Source: Terriglobales bacterium (lineage in GTDB: Bacteria > Acidobacteriota > Terriglobia > Terriglobales > Acidobacteriaceae). From it: 64,000 nucleotides of DNA. The position numbers were made by a program, and so were the translations under genes. Numbering within the stretch: position 1 is the first letter of the stretch; each line of letters begins with the position of its first letter. The notes under the pieces are model-generated. The model was not told where the DNA came from. It did no database searches and worked only from the letters and a program-made list of their open reading frames with translations. The DNA is taken from positions 29,398 through 93,397 of the forward strand of contig JBOGLG010000046.1 of assembly GCA_050745985.1 (NCBI GenBank). The letters are read 5' to 3'. This document shows positions 1 to 8,546 of this stretch, piece after piece.

Positions 1-722
1 GCAGCGTCTCCCAAGCTCTCCTCGCCGCTTTGCGAAAACACTACCGTGTTGCGGGTAGCACGTTCCTGTGCTCCTTGTGCCGTCTCTCCCGATTCGATCA
101 CAGCCCTGGCATTTGTTGTCGGGGTGGTCGGCGCAGTTGACGTGGCAACCGCAGGTACATACGCCGGCTGAGGACTGACGTAGCGCTGCCACGCTCTAGG
201 GTCAATCGTAAAGTCGCCATCTACAAAAGCCGTGACGGGTGTTCCTTTGGCAATATCAATGTCTTTGCCGTGCATGAATAAGAACAACGGCGCAACAGGC
301 CAGACGACTAACGCTGTCGCAACCATTGCGCCGGTCATCGCTCCTGTGTGACCACCGCCCTTGCCTTCTCTTGTCCCTCTTAATTGCGCCTTCTCAGTGT
401 CCACCAATCGCACATAATCGATCGTAATGTCTAGCTTGCCGCCTCGCCCCATACTCCTCTTGTGCTGTGCCTCCGTGACCGTACCGATTGCCACTGATCC
501 TTTCTTGACAAGCAGCACGTCGTCGACAAACACGTCTTCGACTACCTCGAAACTTACATCCTCTCCTTTGGTATCGTCATGCGAAGACAGATTCTCTGCC
601 GTCCTTAGCTTGATTGGCGTGCCATCGAGCAGTACGAGCTTGGGACTCTGCGCATAGACGCCCCCGGACAGCAGCAAAACCATAAGTAAGCTTATATACC
701 TTTTGATCGTGCCTTTCATCAT
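1..722 (-). CDS. hypothetical secreted/membrane-associated protein (C-terminus beyond window edge)
   Basis: My own translation of the minus strand from ATG-ATG at 722-717 is open to position 1, about 240 codons with no stop (MMKGTIKRYISLLMVLLLSGGVYAQSPKLVLLDG...). It has a signal-peptide-like N-terminus and one internal hydrophobic stretch (GAMVATALVVWPVAPLFLF). It is missing from the ORF track because it runs off the window. No family recognised. Confidence 0.6.
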   Translation of the reverse strand, partial: MMKGTIKRYISLLMVLLLSGGVYAQSPKLVLLDGTPIKLRTAENLSSHDDTKGEDVSFEVVEDVFVDDVLLVKKGSVAIGTVTEAQHKRSMGRGGKLDITIDYVRLVDTEKAQLRGTREGKGGGHTGAMTGAMVATALVVWPVAPLFLFMHGKDIDIAKGTPVTAFVDGDFTIDPRAWQRYVSPQPAYVPAVATSTAPTTPTTNARAVIESGETAQGAQERATRNTVVFSQSGEESLGDA

Positions 723-852
723 TTAGTCTCCCTGCTTAAATAGTTGCTGTGAAGCACATACTTGTCTAGATAATAACGGGGTTGGCCAATTACTTCAGTA
801 AGCACAGTACGAATGCGAGACTCCTCACACTAAGTTGGAGCCGCGATAAAAC

Positions 853-879
853 GGAGTTTCCCGGTGTTTTGGAAACTCC
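853..879. repeat. perfect 9-bp inverted repeat (hairpin) in intergenic region
   Basis: GGAGTTTCC-cggtgtttt-GGAAACTCC, read directly. It lies in the ~500-bp gap between the divergent genes ending at 722 and starting at 1223. Function unknown. Confidence 0.5.
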
Positions 880-1222
880 AGCGGACAGTTGACCACTGGG
901 TGACGTGCCCGTTGGCTCTGGTTTGGGCCAGGCTATAGCCGGGCCCGACATCTAATTACGGAAACAGCGTCGCGGAGTGTTCACTAAGATCGAGTTAGGG
1001 GGTAAAACCGGCGGGCTCGAACCAGACGGATGGGATGGGGAGCAAGGGCCCTTTGGCACGGTTCCCGCATCTGCCAAACGATTCCGGACGGTCTGTCGGC
1101 GAACCGTTCCCATCGAAAAGGCGAGGTTCACTGGCTTTTGGGGTCCGGATCGTCGTCAGCTTGCCGAGCGAGTCTTCGAGAATTTCTGACGCGCGACTAT
1201 AATTCGGGGCTGGAGGAGCGAA

Positions 1223-2848
1223 ATGCTCTGGGCGAGAGTCGTTGCGGGACTGTTGTTGACGCTGTTGACGCCGAGCGCTATCGCGCAAGAGCATCAGCAG
1301 GGGAATGCCGAGAAACTGGGTGCGGTGCATCTTGCCACATCGTGCAACGAAGGCGCGCAGAGGGAATTCGACCGGGCGGTGGCGCTGCTGCATTCCTTCC
1401 AGTTCGGCCGGGCCGTCCAAGGATTCAATGCGGCGCTGAAGAACGACGCGACCTGCGGGATGGCGTACTGGGGCATTGCGCTCAGCCAGTGGAGTAATCC
1501 CTTCGCCGCCGGAAAGAAGGACATTGGGCAGTTGCAGGCAGGGCGTGAGAGCGCGCAACGCGGCAAAGCCGCAGGCGGGAAGACGGAGCGCGAACAGGCG
1601 TACATCGCAGCCGTCGCCAAGTTGTACAGCGACTTCGAGAACACGCCGCAACGAGCACGTCTGATCGCCTATCGCGACGCCATGGCGGAGGTCGCGGGGA
1701 AATATCCAGAGGACCACGAGGCGCAAATTTTCTACGCGCTGTCGATCGCGGCGTCAGAAGATCCGGCGGACAAGACATACGCCGGGCGGCTCAAAGCGGG
1801 CGCTATTCTCGAGAAATTATTCGCGCAGGAGCCGGATCACCCGGGACTGGCGCATTACATCATTCACACTTACGATGTGCCGGAGCTGGCGCCGAGGGCG
1901 CTCCCGGCGGCCCGGCGTTATTCGGAGATTGCGCCAGATGCGCCGCACGCTCTGCACATGCCATCGCACACCTTCACCCGCACCGGCTATTGGCAGGAGT
2001 CGATCGATAGCAACGTGTCGGCGGCGGCGGCGGCACGGCGCGAGGGCCAGACAGCAGAGGAGCTGCACGCCAGCGACTATCTGATGTATGCCTACCTGCA
2101 AACCGGGCAGGACGATGCGGCGAAGCGCCTGCTCGATTCCTTGCCGGAAATCGCGTCACGCTTCGACCCCAAGACGGTGATAGGCGGCGCCGGTGGCCCT
2201 CCGGCGGGATACTTTGCGCTGGCGGCGATCCCGGCACGGTACGCGCTCGAACGCCAGCAATGGAAACAGGCCGCGCAACTAACCCCGCGAGAGTCGCCAT
2301 TTCCGTACACTGAGGCGATGACCTGGTTTGCTCGCGGATTGGGCGCAGCCCGCACGGGGCAAGCATCGGCGGCGCGCGAGTCAGAGGCGGTGCTGAAGCA
2401 AGCCCGGGAGCGGCTGTTGAAGGCGGGCGAAACCTACTGGGCACAGCAGGTTGAAATCCAGGAGCTTGAGGTCGCGGCGTGGGCAGCGCTGGCCGAAGGT
2501 AGAAAAAAGGAAGGGCTGCGGCAGATGAAGGCGGCAGCGGAACTGGAAGATGGGACGGAAAAGAGCGCGGTGACGCCGGGGCCGCTGGCTCCGGCACGCG
2601 AGTTGCTGGGTGAGATGTTGGTGGAGACGAATCAGCAGGCGCTGGCGCTGGAGCAATTCGAAGCCACGCTGAAGAAAGAGCCGGGCCGATTCCGCTCGCT
2701 CTACGGAGCGGCGCGCAGTGCGCAGCTCAGCGGAAGCCGCGAGGCGAGTCAGAGGTATTTCCGTGAGCTATTGACGGCTTGTGTGCACGCAGACGAGCCA
2801 GGAAGGGCTGAGATTCCAGAAGCAAGGAGGGCGATTTCCCGGAACTGA
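1223..2848 (+). CDS. secreted TPR-like repeat protein, function unknown
   Basis: 541-aa ORF. Signal peptide MLWARVVAGLLLTLLTPSAIAQE. All-helical repeat character with TPR-like segments towards the C-terminus (ALALEQFEATLKKEPGRFRSLYGAARSAQLSG). Confidence 0.8.
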   Translation: MLWARVVAGLLLTLLTPSAIAQEHQQGNAEKLGAVHLATSCNEGAQREFDRAVALLHSFQFGRAVQGFNAALKNDATCGMAYWGIALSQWSNPFAAGKKDIGQLQAGRESAQRGKAAGGKTEREQAYIAAVAKLYSDFENTPQRARLIAYRDAMAEVAGKYPEDHEAQIFYALSIAASEDPADKTYAGRLKAGAILEKLFAQEPDHPGLAHYIIHTYDVPELAPRALPAARRYSEIAPDAPHALHMPSHTFTRTGYWQESIDSNVSAAAAARREGQTAEELHASDYLMYAYLQTGQDDAAKRLLDSLPEIASRFDPKTVIGGAGGPPAGYFALAAIPARYALERQQWKQAAQLTPRESPFPYTEAMTWFARGLGAARTGQASAARESEAVLKQARERLLKAGETYWAQQVEIQELEVAAWAALAEGRKKEGLRQMKAAAELEDGTEKSAVTPGPLAPARELLGEMLVETNQQALALEQFEATLKKEPGRFRSLYGAARSAQLSGSREASQRYFRELLTACVHADEPGRAEIPEARRAISRN

Positions 2849-2861
2849 AAGACTCGGGTCG

Positions 2862-3163
2862 GGTGGCCTGTGGCAAGGGTGCTTCTATTCTTGTCCGCCC
2901 GACGATGCCCATCTCTGGACCGCGCTACGCTATTTGGAGTTGAACCCGTTGTGGCAGACACCGTGGAATCGGCTTCGCAACGGAGACGGCCCAGCGCCGC
3001 CGCCCGCTACTGCGCTACGCCTTCCCGGGAGACCTGGATCGAAATGGAGCTGTGGCGGAAGCAGTGGACGATGTCCCCGAATTTCCTGTCCGTCGGAGAC
3101 AATACTGTACCCAGGAAGTTTCCGTCATTTCGAGCTACGTCCAGCGGCGATACGTTCTGTTGA
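2862..3163 (+). pseudogene. C-terminal remnant of an IS200-like / REP-associated tyrosine transposase (COG1943-type), frameshifted
   Basis: The frame of ORF 2781..3242 reads GLWQGCFYSCPPDDAHLWTALRYLELNP. After a 1-nt slip in the C-run near 2945-2948, the frame of ORF 2870..3163 continues PVVADTVESASQRRRPSAAARYC...W...W. Joined, this matches the recalled C-terminal pattern LWQ.RF(Y/W)....HL...RY.E.NPV.A..V....W.WSSA.AH. There is no N-terminal HUH portion. The fragment begins right after the stop of the preceding gene. Confidence 0.6.
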
Positions 3164-3233
3164 GCCCTGTCTGCCATCTGTTCGCCAATCGTCACGTCTT
3201 GCTCGTCGGTTAGTCATTTGCGAATCATCCAAG

Positions 3234-3707
3234 TCAACTTAGCGGCTTACCGTTGGAAGCAGAGCGACGGTGGTTTGAAAGTGCTCCAAAACTGTAGGCT
3301 AAACTAGTATATAGAGGCACGGTTCTCTCGTACTGATCCTGGCATAGCGGGTAACACTCCAGCCCGAAGAAATGGTTCAGAGCATCCCCTATGTGGAACC
3401 CGGTGTGTAACCAAACCAGGAGCCCCGAAGCAAAATAGACAGCGGTTGGAATCCACACCCACAAGGCTTGGGGACCTTTCCAGCGAATTCGGGCGATGTA
3501 GCCAGTCAAGATACCGAAAGCCACAAAGAGCGGATATGGCGGCTTCAACCCGTATGCAACAAAATCCTCCTTGCCGATCATCGGCGCCAAGAGGGTCTCA
3601 CCAAATAGTTTCGCCGCGAACCAGGTTCCCAATGTCGCGGCGATCAGGTTCAAAACGTATATCCACACCCATCGCGAGATGTAGACCAATCTCTTGTTGA
3701 TAATCAC
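3234..3707 (-). CDS. hypothetical integral membrane protein
   Basis: 157-aa ORF with about 4 hydrophobic helices (WVWIYVLNLIAATLGTWFAAKLF, PLFVAFGILTGYIA, LWVWIPTAVYFASGLLVWL). G+C is visibly lower than in flanking genes. No family recognised. Confidence 0.6.
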   Translation of the reverse strand: MIINKRLVYISRWVWIYVLNLIAATLGTWFAAKLFGETLLAPMIGKEDFVAYGLKPPYPLFVAFGILTGYIARIRWKGPQALWVWIPTAVYFASGLLVWLHTGFHIGDALNHFFGLECYPLCQDQYERTVPLYTSLAYSFGALSNHRRSASNGKPLS

Positions 3708-3902
3708 ACTCGTCTCCAGTCAGTCGGACCTTTCTTGACTGTCGCTAGAGTTCAATAGTTGTGGTACTTGTTGTAAAAACACGCCCCCACATTCGGAAGG
3801 TATCCACCCGCCAACCGATGAACTCCCGACTCCCCACCTTTTGCAAATAACGCAAAGGGTGCCCCCGGTGTGACGGCGTAGCCCCACCTGCATTCCGGCA
3901 TC

Positions 3903-4817
3903 CTAATCCGTGGGCGCCATGGCGCTGGCGAGTGCGAGAATGGCTCCGGCAAACAGCAGCGTATCCGCAAAGTAGTTGATGCCCTCAACCTTGGCCGCGG
4001 TGCTCGGGTCGGACAGCGATACGATGAGCATCGGCCCATAGACGAACAAGACGAGCAGCAAGATCCAGGTACCGAGATAAGTCGCCGCCAGGCGCGTTTT
4101 CTTGGCCAGCAGAATGCTTACCCCGGCAGCCAGCAGAATTCCGCCCGTCAAATAGCCAATGAGCAAACGCGCCGGAATCCATGCCGGGGTCAGTCTATCG
4201 AGCGGAACTGCGGGAACTCCAGCCGGGTGCAGAAGATTTTCAGCGCCAAAGAATATGGCGGCGATCGCTACCAACACGCGGCCTACGGTTACGAGTTTCT
4301 GTCCGCCTTGCCCGCGCATTGCGTTTCCCGCAAGTATCCAGCCGCCGGCCCCGAACGACATTTCGCGGATGGCAAGCGTCCATCCAAACCTGTCTCTGGG
4401 GGTGGCGAGAGCTCCCGGGATGTCCAACACCGCCACAAAAAGAAACATGGCGATTCCGAAAAACAGGCCGGACCAGCGCACCTGAATTTTTGTGGCAATG
4501 CTCAAAGACGCAGCCAGCAGCGCAAAGCCGAAGAAATACGCCCAAAACAACCGCCACGGCATATAGGAGGGCACCATGGGCAGGACGAATTCTACTTCCG
4601 AAAGATGCAGCGCGCCGAAGACCGCTAAAGGGACGGCAAAACACATAGAGCTCAGAGCGACGACCTTGTACAGGCCTCGGGCCCGCGCGATATCAGTCCG
4701 CGAAGCCCACAGCGTTAGCAGGAAGAGCAGGATGCCGGCGCTGCACATCGCAGCCACCGTGCGAGGGATCCCAACAAACGCGGTGAGAATGGCAGGGTGC
4801 ATATGGATGTCGAGCAT
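3903..4817 (-). CDS. hypothetical polytopic membrane protein
   Basis: 304-aa ORF with about 8 predicted TM helices and codon usage typical of the window. No catalytic motif recognised. Confidence 0.75.
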   Translation of the reverse strand: MLDIHMHPAILTAFVGIPRTVAAMCSAGILLFLLTLWASRTDIARARGLYKVVALSSMCFAVPLAVFGALHLSEVEFVLPMVPSYMPWRLFWAYFFGFALLAASLSIATKIQVRWSGLFFGIAMFLFVAVLDIPGALATPRDRFGWTLAIREMSFGAGGWILAGNAMRGQGGQKLVTVGRVLVAIAAIFFGAENLLHPAGVPAVPLDRLTPAWIPARLLIGYLTGGILLAAGVSILLAKKTRLAATYLGTWILLLVLFVYGPMLIVSLSDPSTAAKVEGINYFADTLLFAGAILALASAMAPTD

Positions 4818-4933
4818 TAACTCGAGTGCTTTATGGACGGGGGTTCGCCCCGGTCAATACTGCCTCGAATTGTACAACCGGCGCCTGGGGACACTGCCAT
4901 TAGCCGCCAATAAACCCGTCCCGAGATTTCCGA

Positions 4934-5743
4934 TCATCTTTCACGCTGTCCTAAAATTCCTTGTCTTGTCTTTGAGAGCGTATAAATCACCGATTCCTTG
5001 GGGATGCTGGTCACGAAGGGAGTCACCAGCCAACCCAGCCCCACCGGAATATCTCTGGTCAGTGAGATGGCCTCCAGCTCCACGTAAACCCCGCCGTCCG
5101 CTTGCTGAAATCGCCAATACGAATTCAGTCTCCACAGAAAGCCGCTGTCGTTGCCGACCGGTTTTTCCTTTTCGCTGGGTTTCCCTGCGTTCTCCACTTC
5201 GGCGATGCGGGTGCTGCGCGACTCAGAAATCGCGTGATCCTCATCGAGGCGCGAGTACCGCACGTCGTACTCGCTGTTCAGGACCACGGTTATGACTTTC
5301 GTCTTGCGTAACCTCAGGAAGATCCGGAAGTGATCCCCTTGCCGGTCAATCAGCTTCGACTGTTGCACTTCCGGCGCGTAGAACTTGTATTGGTTGTCAT
5401 AGTCCTCAAGAAAAGCCAGGGTCTGCGCCAGCGTGGCGCCAGGAATAAACACCATGCCCAGCCAGTCGTGGATTAAGCCGCCCGGCACAGCGATTGGTTT
5501 TCCGTTGTCTGCAAGCGCCTTCGCGATCTCGCCGTCTTTCAGCCGAACCATTGCGGCGTTGCGATCCTGGGCGGGCAGTTTTTCCAATCGCAGGAATGGG
5601 AGCGACGCCCTCTCCTCCTCGCTACGCTGCACATACTGATCGAACGCGGCCACGGTTTCGGGGCGAAGTTCCGCTCCGGCGGCATTCGCGCCGACGAAAA
5701 CGACGCAAAGCAGCGCCAGGGAACTAACTCGGTTCCGCGGCAC
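4934..5743 (-). CDS. hypothetical secreted protein (possible START/SRPBCC-like fold)
   Basis: This is the C-terminal 270 codons of ORF 4934..6118. A GTG at 5743 gives (M)PRNRVSSLALLCVVFVGANAAGA-E, a good signal peptide. The upstream part of the long ORF overlaps the divergent regulator gene and looks non-coding. The start is uncertain; alternatives are 5755 and 5767. Confidence 0.7.
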   Translation of the reverse strand: MPRNRVSSLALLCVVFVGANAAGAELRPETVAAFDQYVQRSEEERASLPFLRLEKLPAQDRNAAMVRLKDGEIAKALADNGKPIAVPGGLIHDWLGMVFIPGATLAQTLAFLEDYDNQYKFYAPEVQQSKLIDRQGDHFRIFLRLRKTKVITVVLNSEYDVRYSRLDEDHAISESRSTRIAEVENAGKPSEKEKPVGNDSGFLWRLNSYWRFQQADGGVYVELEAISLTRDIPVGLGWLVTPFVTSIPKESVIYTLSKTRQGILGQRER

Positions 5744-5786
5744 GCATTGCGCCAACCCCAGCTGCACTACGTTATGATGGCCTGCG

Positions 5787-6620
5787 ATGCCCGGTGACGC
5801 CAGACGAATTTTCCGCTTTGGTGTGTTCGAGGCCGACCCATCCACCGGCGAACTGCGCAAAGCGGGTGTACGACTTCGGCTCCAGGACCAGCCTTTCCAG
5901 GTCTTGCTGGTATTGCTCGGGCGCGGGGGCAACGTGGTCACGCGCGACGAACTGCGCCAGCAATTATGGCCCGCCGATACCTTCGTTGACTTCGACCATA
6001 GTCTGAATACCATCATCAATAAACTCCGTGAGGTGCTGGGAGATTCAGCCGCAAGTCCCCGCTTTATCGAGACGCTGGCGAAGCGCGGATACCGTTTTCT
6101 ACCCGCGGTTGAGGCCATCGCTTCTCAAGCAGCCGATGCTCCCGCGCCGCCGCCACCGGTGGTCACCCGGCAGTCGCCCAGGTTCGAACTTACGCGGCCG
6201 GAGGATTTGCCCGCCGTTCCCCACCGCTCTGTCCGCGTACTCTTCGCTCTGATTCAGATCATGTACCTCTGCTTTTACGTTGCCGCACTGGCGCGGCTTG
6301 GGGCTGTCGAAGAATTGCTCGAACTTCGCTCCGGGCACCCGGCGTGGATCACCGCGGCGCTCGCGGTGACGGGCGCCGTGGGCATCCCACTCCGCCTTTA
6401 CCTGCTCTCGTCGGCTGCCTTCAACGTCAAGAGCCTTGGCCGGAAGTTCCTCCGGCTGTTCCCCGGTATCTTCTTTCTAGATCAGTTGTGGGCCTTGGCG
6501 CCGTTCTTACTCACGCCGCAAATTGGCTTCGGACTGGCCTTGGCTGCTGCAGCCGCCCTGATCTACTTACCGTTCTCCCAGCGGACGCTCATCCTCATGC
6601 GCGATCGGCCGCTGAAGTAA
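5787..6620 (+). CDS. membrane-anchored OmpR/PhoB-type winged-helix transcriptional regulator (CadC/ToxR-like)
   Basis: The N-terminus FRFGVFEADPSTGELRKAGVRLRLQDQPFQVLLVLLGRGGNVVTRDELRQQLWP...INKLREVLGD...IETLAKRGYRF is a trans_reg_C-type wHTH. The C-terminal half has about 4 TM helices and no soluble sensor domain. Confidence 0.85.
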   Translation: MPGDARRIFRFGVFEADPSTGELRKAGVRLRLQDQPFQVLLVLLGRGGNVVTRDELRQQLWPADTFVDFDHSLNTIINKLREVLGDSAASPRFIETLAKRGYRFLPAVEAIASQAADAPAPPPPVVTRQSPRFELTRPEDLPAVPHRSVRVLFALIQIMYLCFYVAALARLGAVEELLELRSGHPAWITAALAVTGAVGIPLRLYLLSSAAFNVKSLGRKFLRLFPGIFFLDQLWALAPFLLTPQIGFGLALAAAAALIYLPFSQRTLILMRDRPLK

Positions 6621-6998
6621 GAACACCCATCGATCGCTGGCCAGATAGTTGGCAACGAAACAGATTGAAATGCTGGCCAGGTTTGCCGGCAACACCTGCC
6701 ATTTTAACGATCCCACGAGCAGGCGCATCATAAGGAGGTTGCCCGCAATCGAAATCAAGCCATTACTCAGGTGAAAGCGCAGCAAGCGAGCCCAAATGTT
6801 TCGCTCACTTCGGTCAGCCCACGTGTAATGCTGGTGCCAGGAAAAATTGTGGAGAACTGCCACTTCGACTGCCAGCATCGTCGCTAGCAAATAGTGGAGT
6901 CCGATGGCGACGAACACGGTGAGAGCCGCCATTTGCACGACGATGCCCACTGCTCCGACCAGCGAAAACCGGAACCAGCGAAGCTCTCCCGGATTCAC
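6567..6998 (-). CDS. GtrA family membrane protein
   Basis: 143 aa with 4 TM helices. RFSLVGAVGIVVQMAAL...NFSWHQHYTW...ICFVANYLASDRWVF is typical of GtrA-like proteins. Its start overlaps the upstream gene's stop (ATGA at 6995-6998). Confidence 0.85.
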   Translation of the reverse strand: MNPGELRWFRFSLVGAVGIVVQMAALTVFVAIGLHYLLATMLAVEVAVLHNFSWHQHYTWADRSERNIWARLLRFHLSNGLISIAGNLLMMRLLVGSLKWQVLPANLASISICFVANYLASDRWVFLLQRPIAHEDERPLGER

Positions 6999-7753
6999 CC
7001 CAGCCTCTCTTCCTTATAGAGCTGAATGGTATGGCAAGCCGCTGACACCAGCAGCATCAGGGCCATACCCAGAATTGCGATGCCGCCGCCCAAGTCGAAG
7101 AGCAATACTGTGTGCCCCAAGACCTTGATTTGCGAATGCCTCAACAATGCCAGATTTCCCGCGGCCAGCAGGATGCGAATCTCCGTCGGCCCAAATTTTC
7201 CATACGAAAGCTGGAATCGTCCCAGCGTGTAGGTCGCGAGATAGACTTCGATGGAGAGCATCAGGAATGCAACCAACATTCCGAAGGCGATACCAGGATG
7301 CACGTATCCGGAGAGTCCCAGGCCGCCCATCAGAAAGAACGCGCCAATCGTATCCGTGATGTGATCCACGTAGAAGCCGTACCGCGGACGCTGCCGATTG
7401 CGAACTCGCGCCAGGGTGCCATCGAGACTGTCGCCCAGCCAGTTCAATGCGAGGAAAAGAATTCCGGCGAACAGGGCACGGGCATCGTAGCGTGCCAGGA
7501 CATAACACGCTCCCGCCAGGCACTGCGACAGAAATCCCAGGAGTGTCAGATGATCTGAGTTGATCCAGCCCTGCGTACGCGCTGCCAGCCAGAGTAGTGC
7601 GCGCTTTTCGGCCGAGGCGACAAAGCTCTCCTGGATCCGCTTTGCGGGTGAGAAATCGAGTTTCTGCGAAATAACGGGTTGCGCCGAGGTAAGGCTCGAC
7701 ATGGACCAATTCCTCCTGCGAGGGAGTCTCATGCGCGAGCGGACTTTCGGCAA
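6995..7753 (-). CDS. CDP-alcohol phosphatidyltransferase family protein
   Basis: Signature DG..AR...G...D...D is present as GDSLDGTLARVRNRQRPRYGFYVDHITD. Multiple TM helices. The start is uncertain; the ATG at 7702 is an alternative. Confidence 0.85.
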   Translation of the reverse strand: MPKVRSRMRLPRRRNWSMSSLTSAQPVISQKLDFSPAKRIQESFVASAEKRALLWLAARTQGWINSDHLTLLGFLSQCLAGACYVLARYDARALFAGILFLALNWLGDSLDGTLARVRNRQRPRYGFYVDHITDTIGAFFLMGGLGLSGYVHPGIAFGMLVAFLMLSIEVYLATYTLGRFQLSYGKFGPTEIRILLAAGNLALLRHSQIKVLGHTVLLFDLGGGIAILGMALMLLVSAACHTIQLYKEERLG

Positions 7754-7835
7754 TGCACGGGAGGTAAAACCGATCTCAAGAAAAGATCACCGGCTAAGTT
7801 ACTGAAGGGACACGACAACGGAAGGACTCGCAGAA

Positions 7836-7866
7836 TAAGAAACCCTCGCAGCGGTTACTGCGAGGG
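7836..7866 (-). terminator. Rho-independent terminator of the cold-shock gene
   Basis: The minus-strand RNA reads CCCUCGCAG-uaaccg-CUGCGAGGG followed by UUUCUUAU, starting 26 nt after the stop codon. Confidence 0.7.
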
Positions 7867-7891
7867 TTGGCAAATTTGGAAATGCGAGCCC

Positions 7892-8095
7892 TTATCCGCG
7901 GACGACGTTGGCCGCCTGGAACCCCTTGGGCCCCTTCAGCAGGTCGAATTCTACGGTTTCGCCCTCGTTCAGCGTGCGGTAACCGTTCTCTTGGATCGCG
8001 GAGAAATGAACGAAGACATCCTCCCCAGTGGACCGCTGGATAAACCCATATCCTTTAGCCCCGTTGAACCATTTCACTGTGCCCTTCTCTCTCAC
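7892..8095 (-). CDS. cspA: cold-shock protein (CspA family)
   Basis: 67 aa: [35 protein letters not shown]..., with RNP1 (KGYGFI) and RNP2 (VFVHF) motifs. Confidence 0.95.
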   Translation of the reverse strand: MREKGTVKWFNGAKGYGFIQRSTGEDVFVHFSAIQENGYRTLNEGETVEFDLLKGPKGFQAANVVRG

Positions 8096-8228
8096 AAAAA
8101 CTCCTTTCGCCTCTGCTTATGTTTGGAATTCCGCCAGCCTCGCGAAGCCTGCGCTTCCTCACGTCCCCCTCAAGGCTAGTGGACAAAACAGCTGCGGCTG
8201 CCTGCACCGATCAACTCACGCGCAACAA

Positions 8229-8289
8229 GAAAGCTCCGGAGCTTTCCGCCGTGGGGAGAGAGCACGGCGCAAAGCTCTGGAGCCTTTCG
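8229..8289. promoter_or_regulatory. two copies of an AAAGCTCyGGAGCyTTTC palindromic motif upstream of cspA
   Basis: 8229-8246 GAAAGCTCCGGAGCTTTC is a perfect 18-nt palindrome. 8270-8289 CAAAGCTCTGGAGCCTTTCG is a near-copy 41 bp away. Both lie in the 450-bp cspA / yihY-like divergent intergenic region. Confidence 0.4.
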
Positions 8290-8546
8290 TAGGGGCGCGA
8301 ATTTCGACGGCGGTACACGCAACATCAGCCTGTAGTTACGAATACTCTGCACTGCATTGTGGCAACGAGCAGAGAATATATAGCACGAAGTTTTTTTCTG
8401 GCAAGAGAAGAATTGCGGTTAGTGAAACGTTTCAGAATATGACCGGCGGTTCGGATCCGGCGCTCGACTTCGCGATTTCCTGACGAAGGCCTTTCGCAGC
8501 AGTAGATAGAGCCCTGCAACTCCATGATAATATTGGCCTAACCTAC

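Noticed and set aside
1005-1033. tRNA-like string: CCGGCGGGCTCGAACCAGACGG, whose reverse complement contains GGTTCGAGCCC. I considered it as a tRNA gene or an integration-site remnant.
   Set aside because: I could not fold a T-arm (the flanking 5-mers TCTGG/CCGCC do not pair), there is no acceptor stem or CCA-compatible end, and no anticodon arm. It is probably chance similarity.
5744-6118. 5' extension of ORF 4934..6118 (the 394-aa version).
   Set aside because: The extension overlaps the divergent CadC-like gene, is Ser/Arg/Pro-rich with no features, and an internal GTG yields a proper signal peptide.
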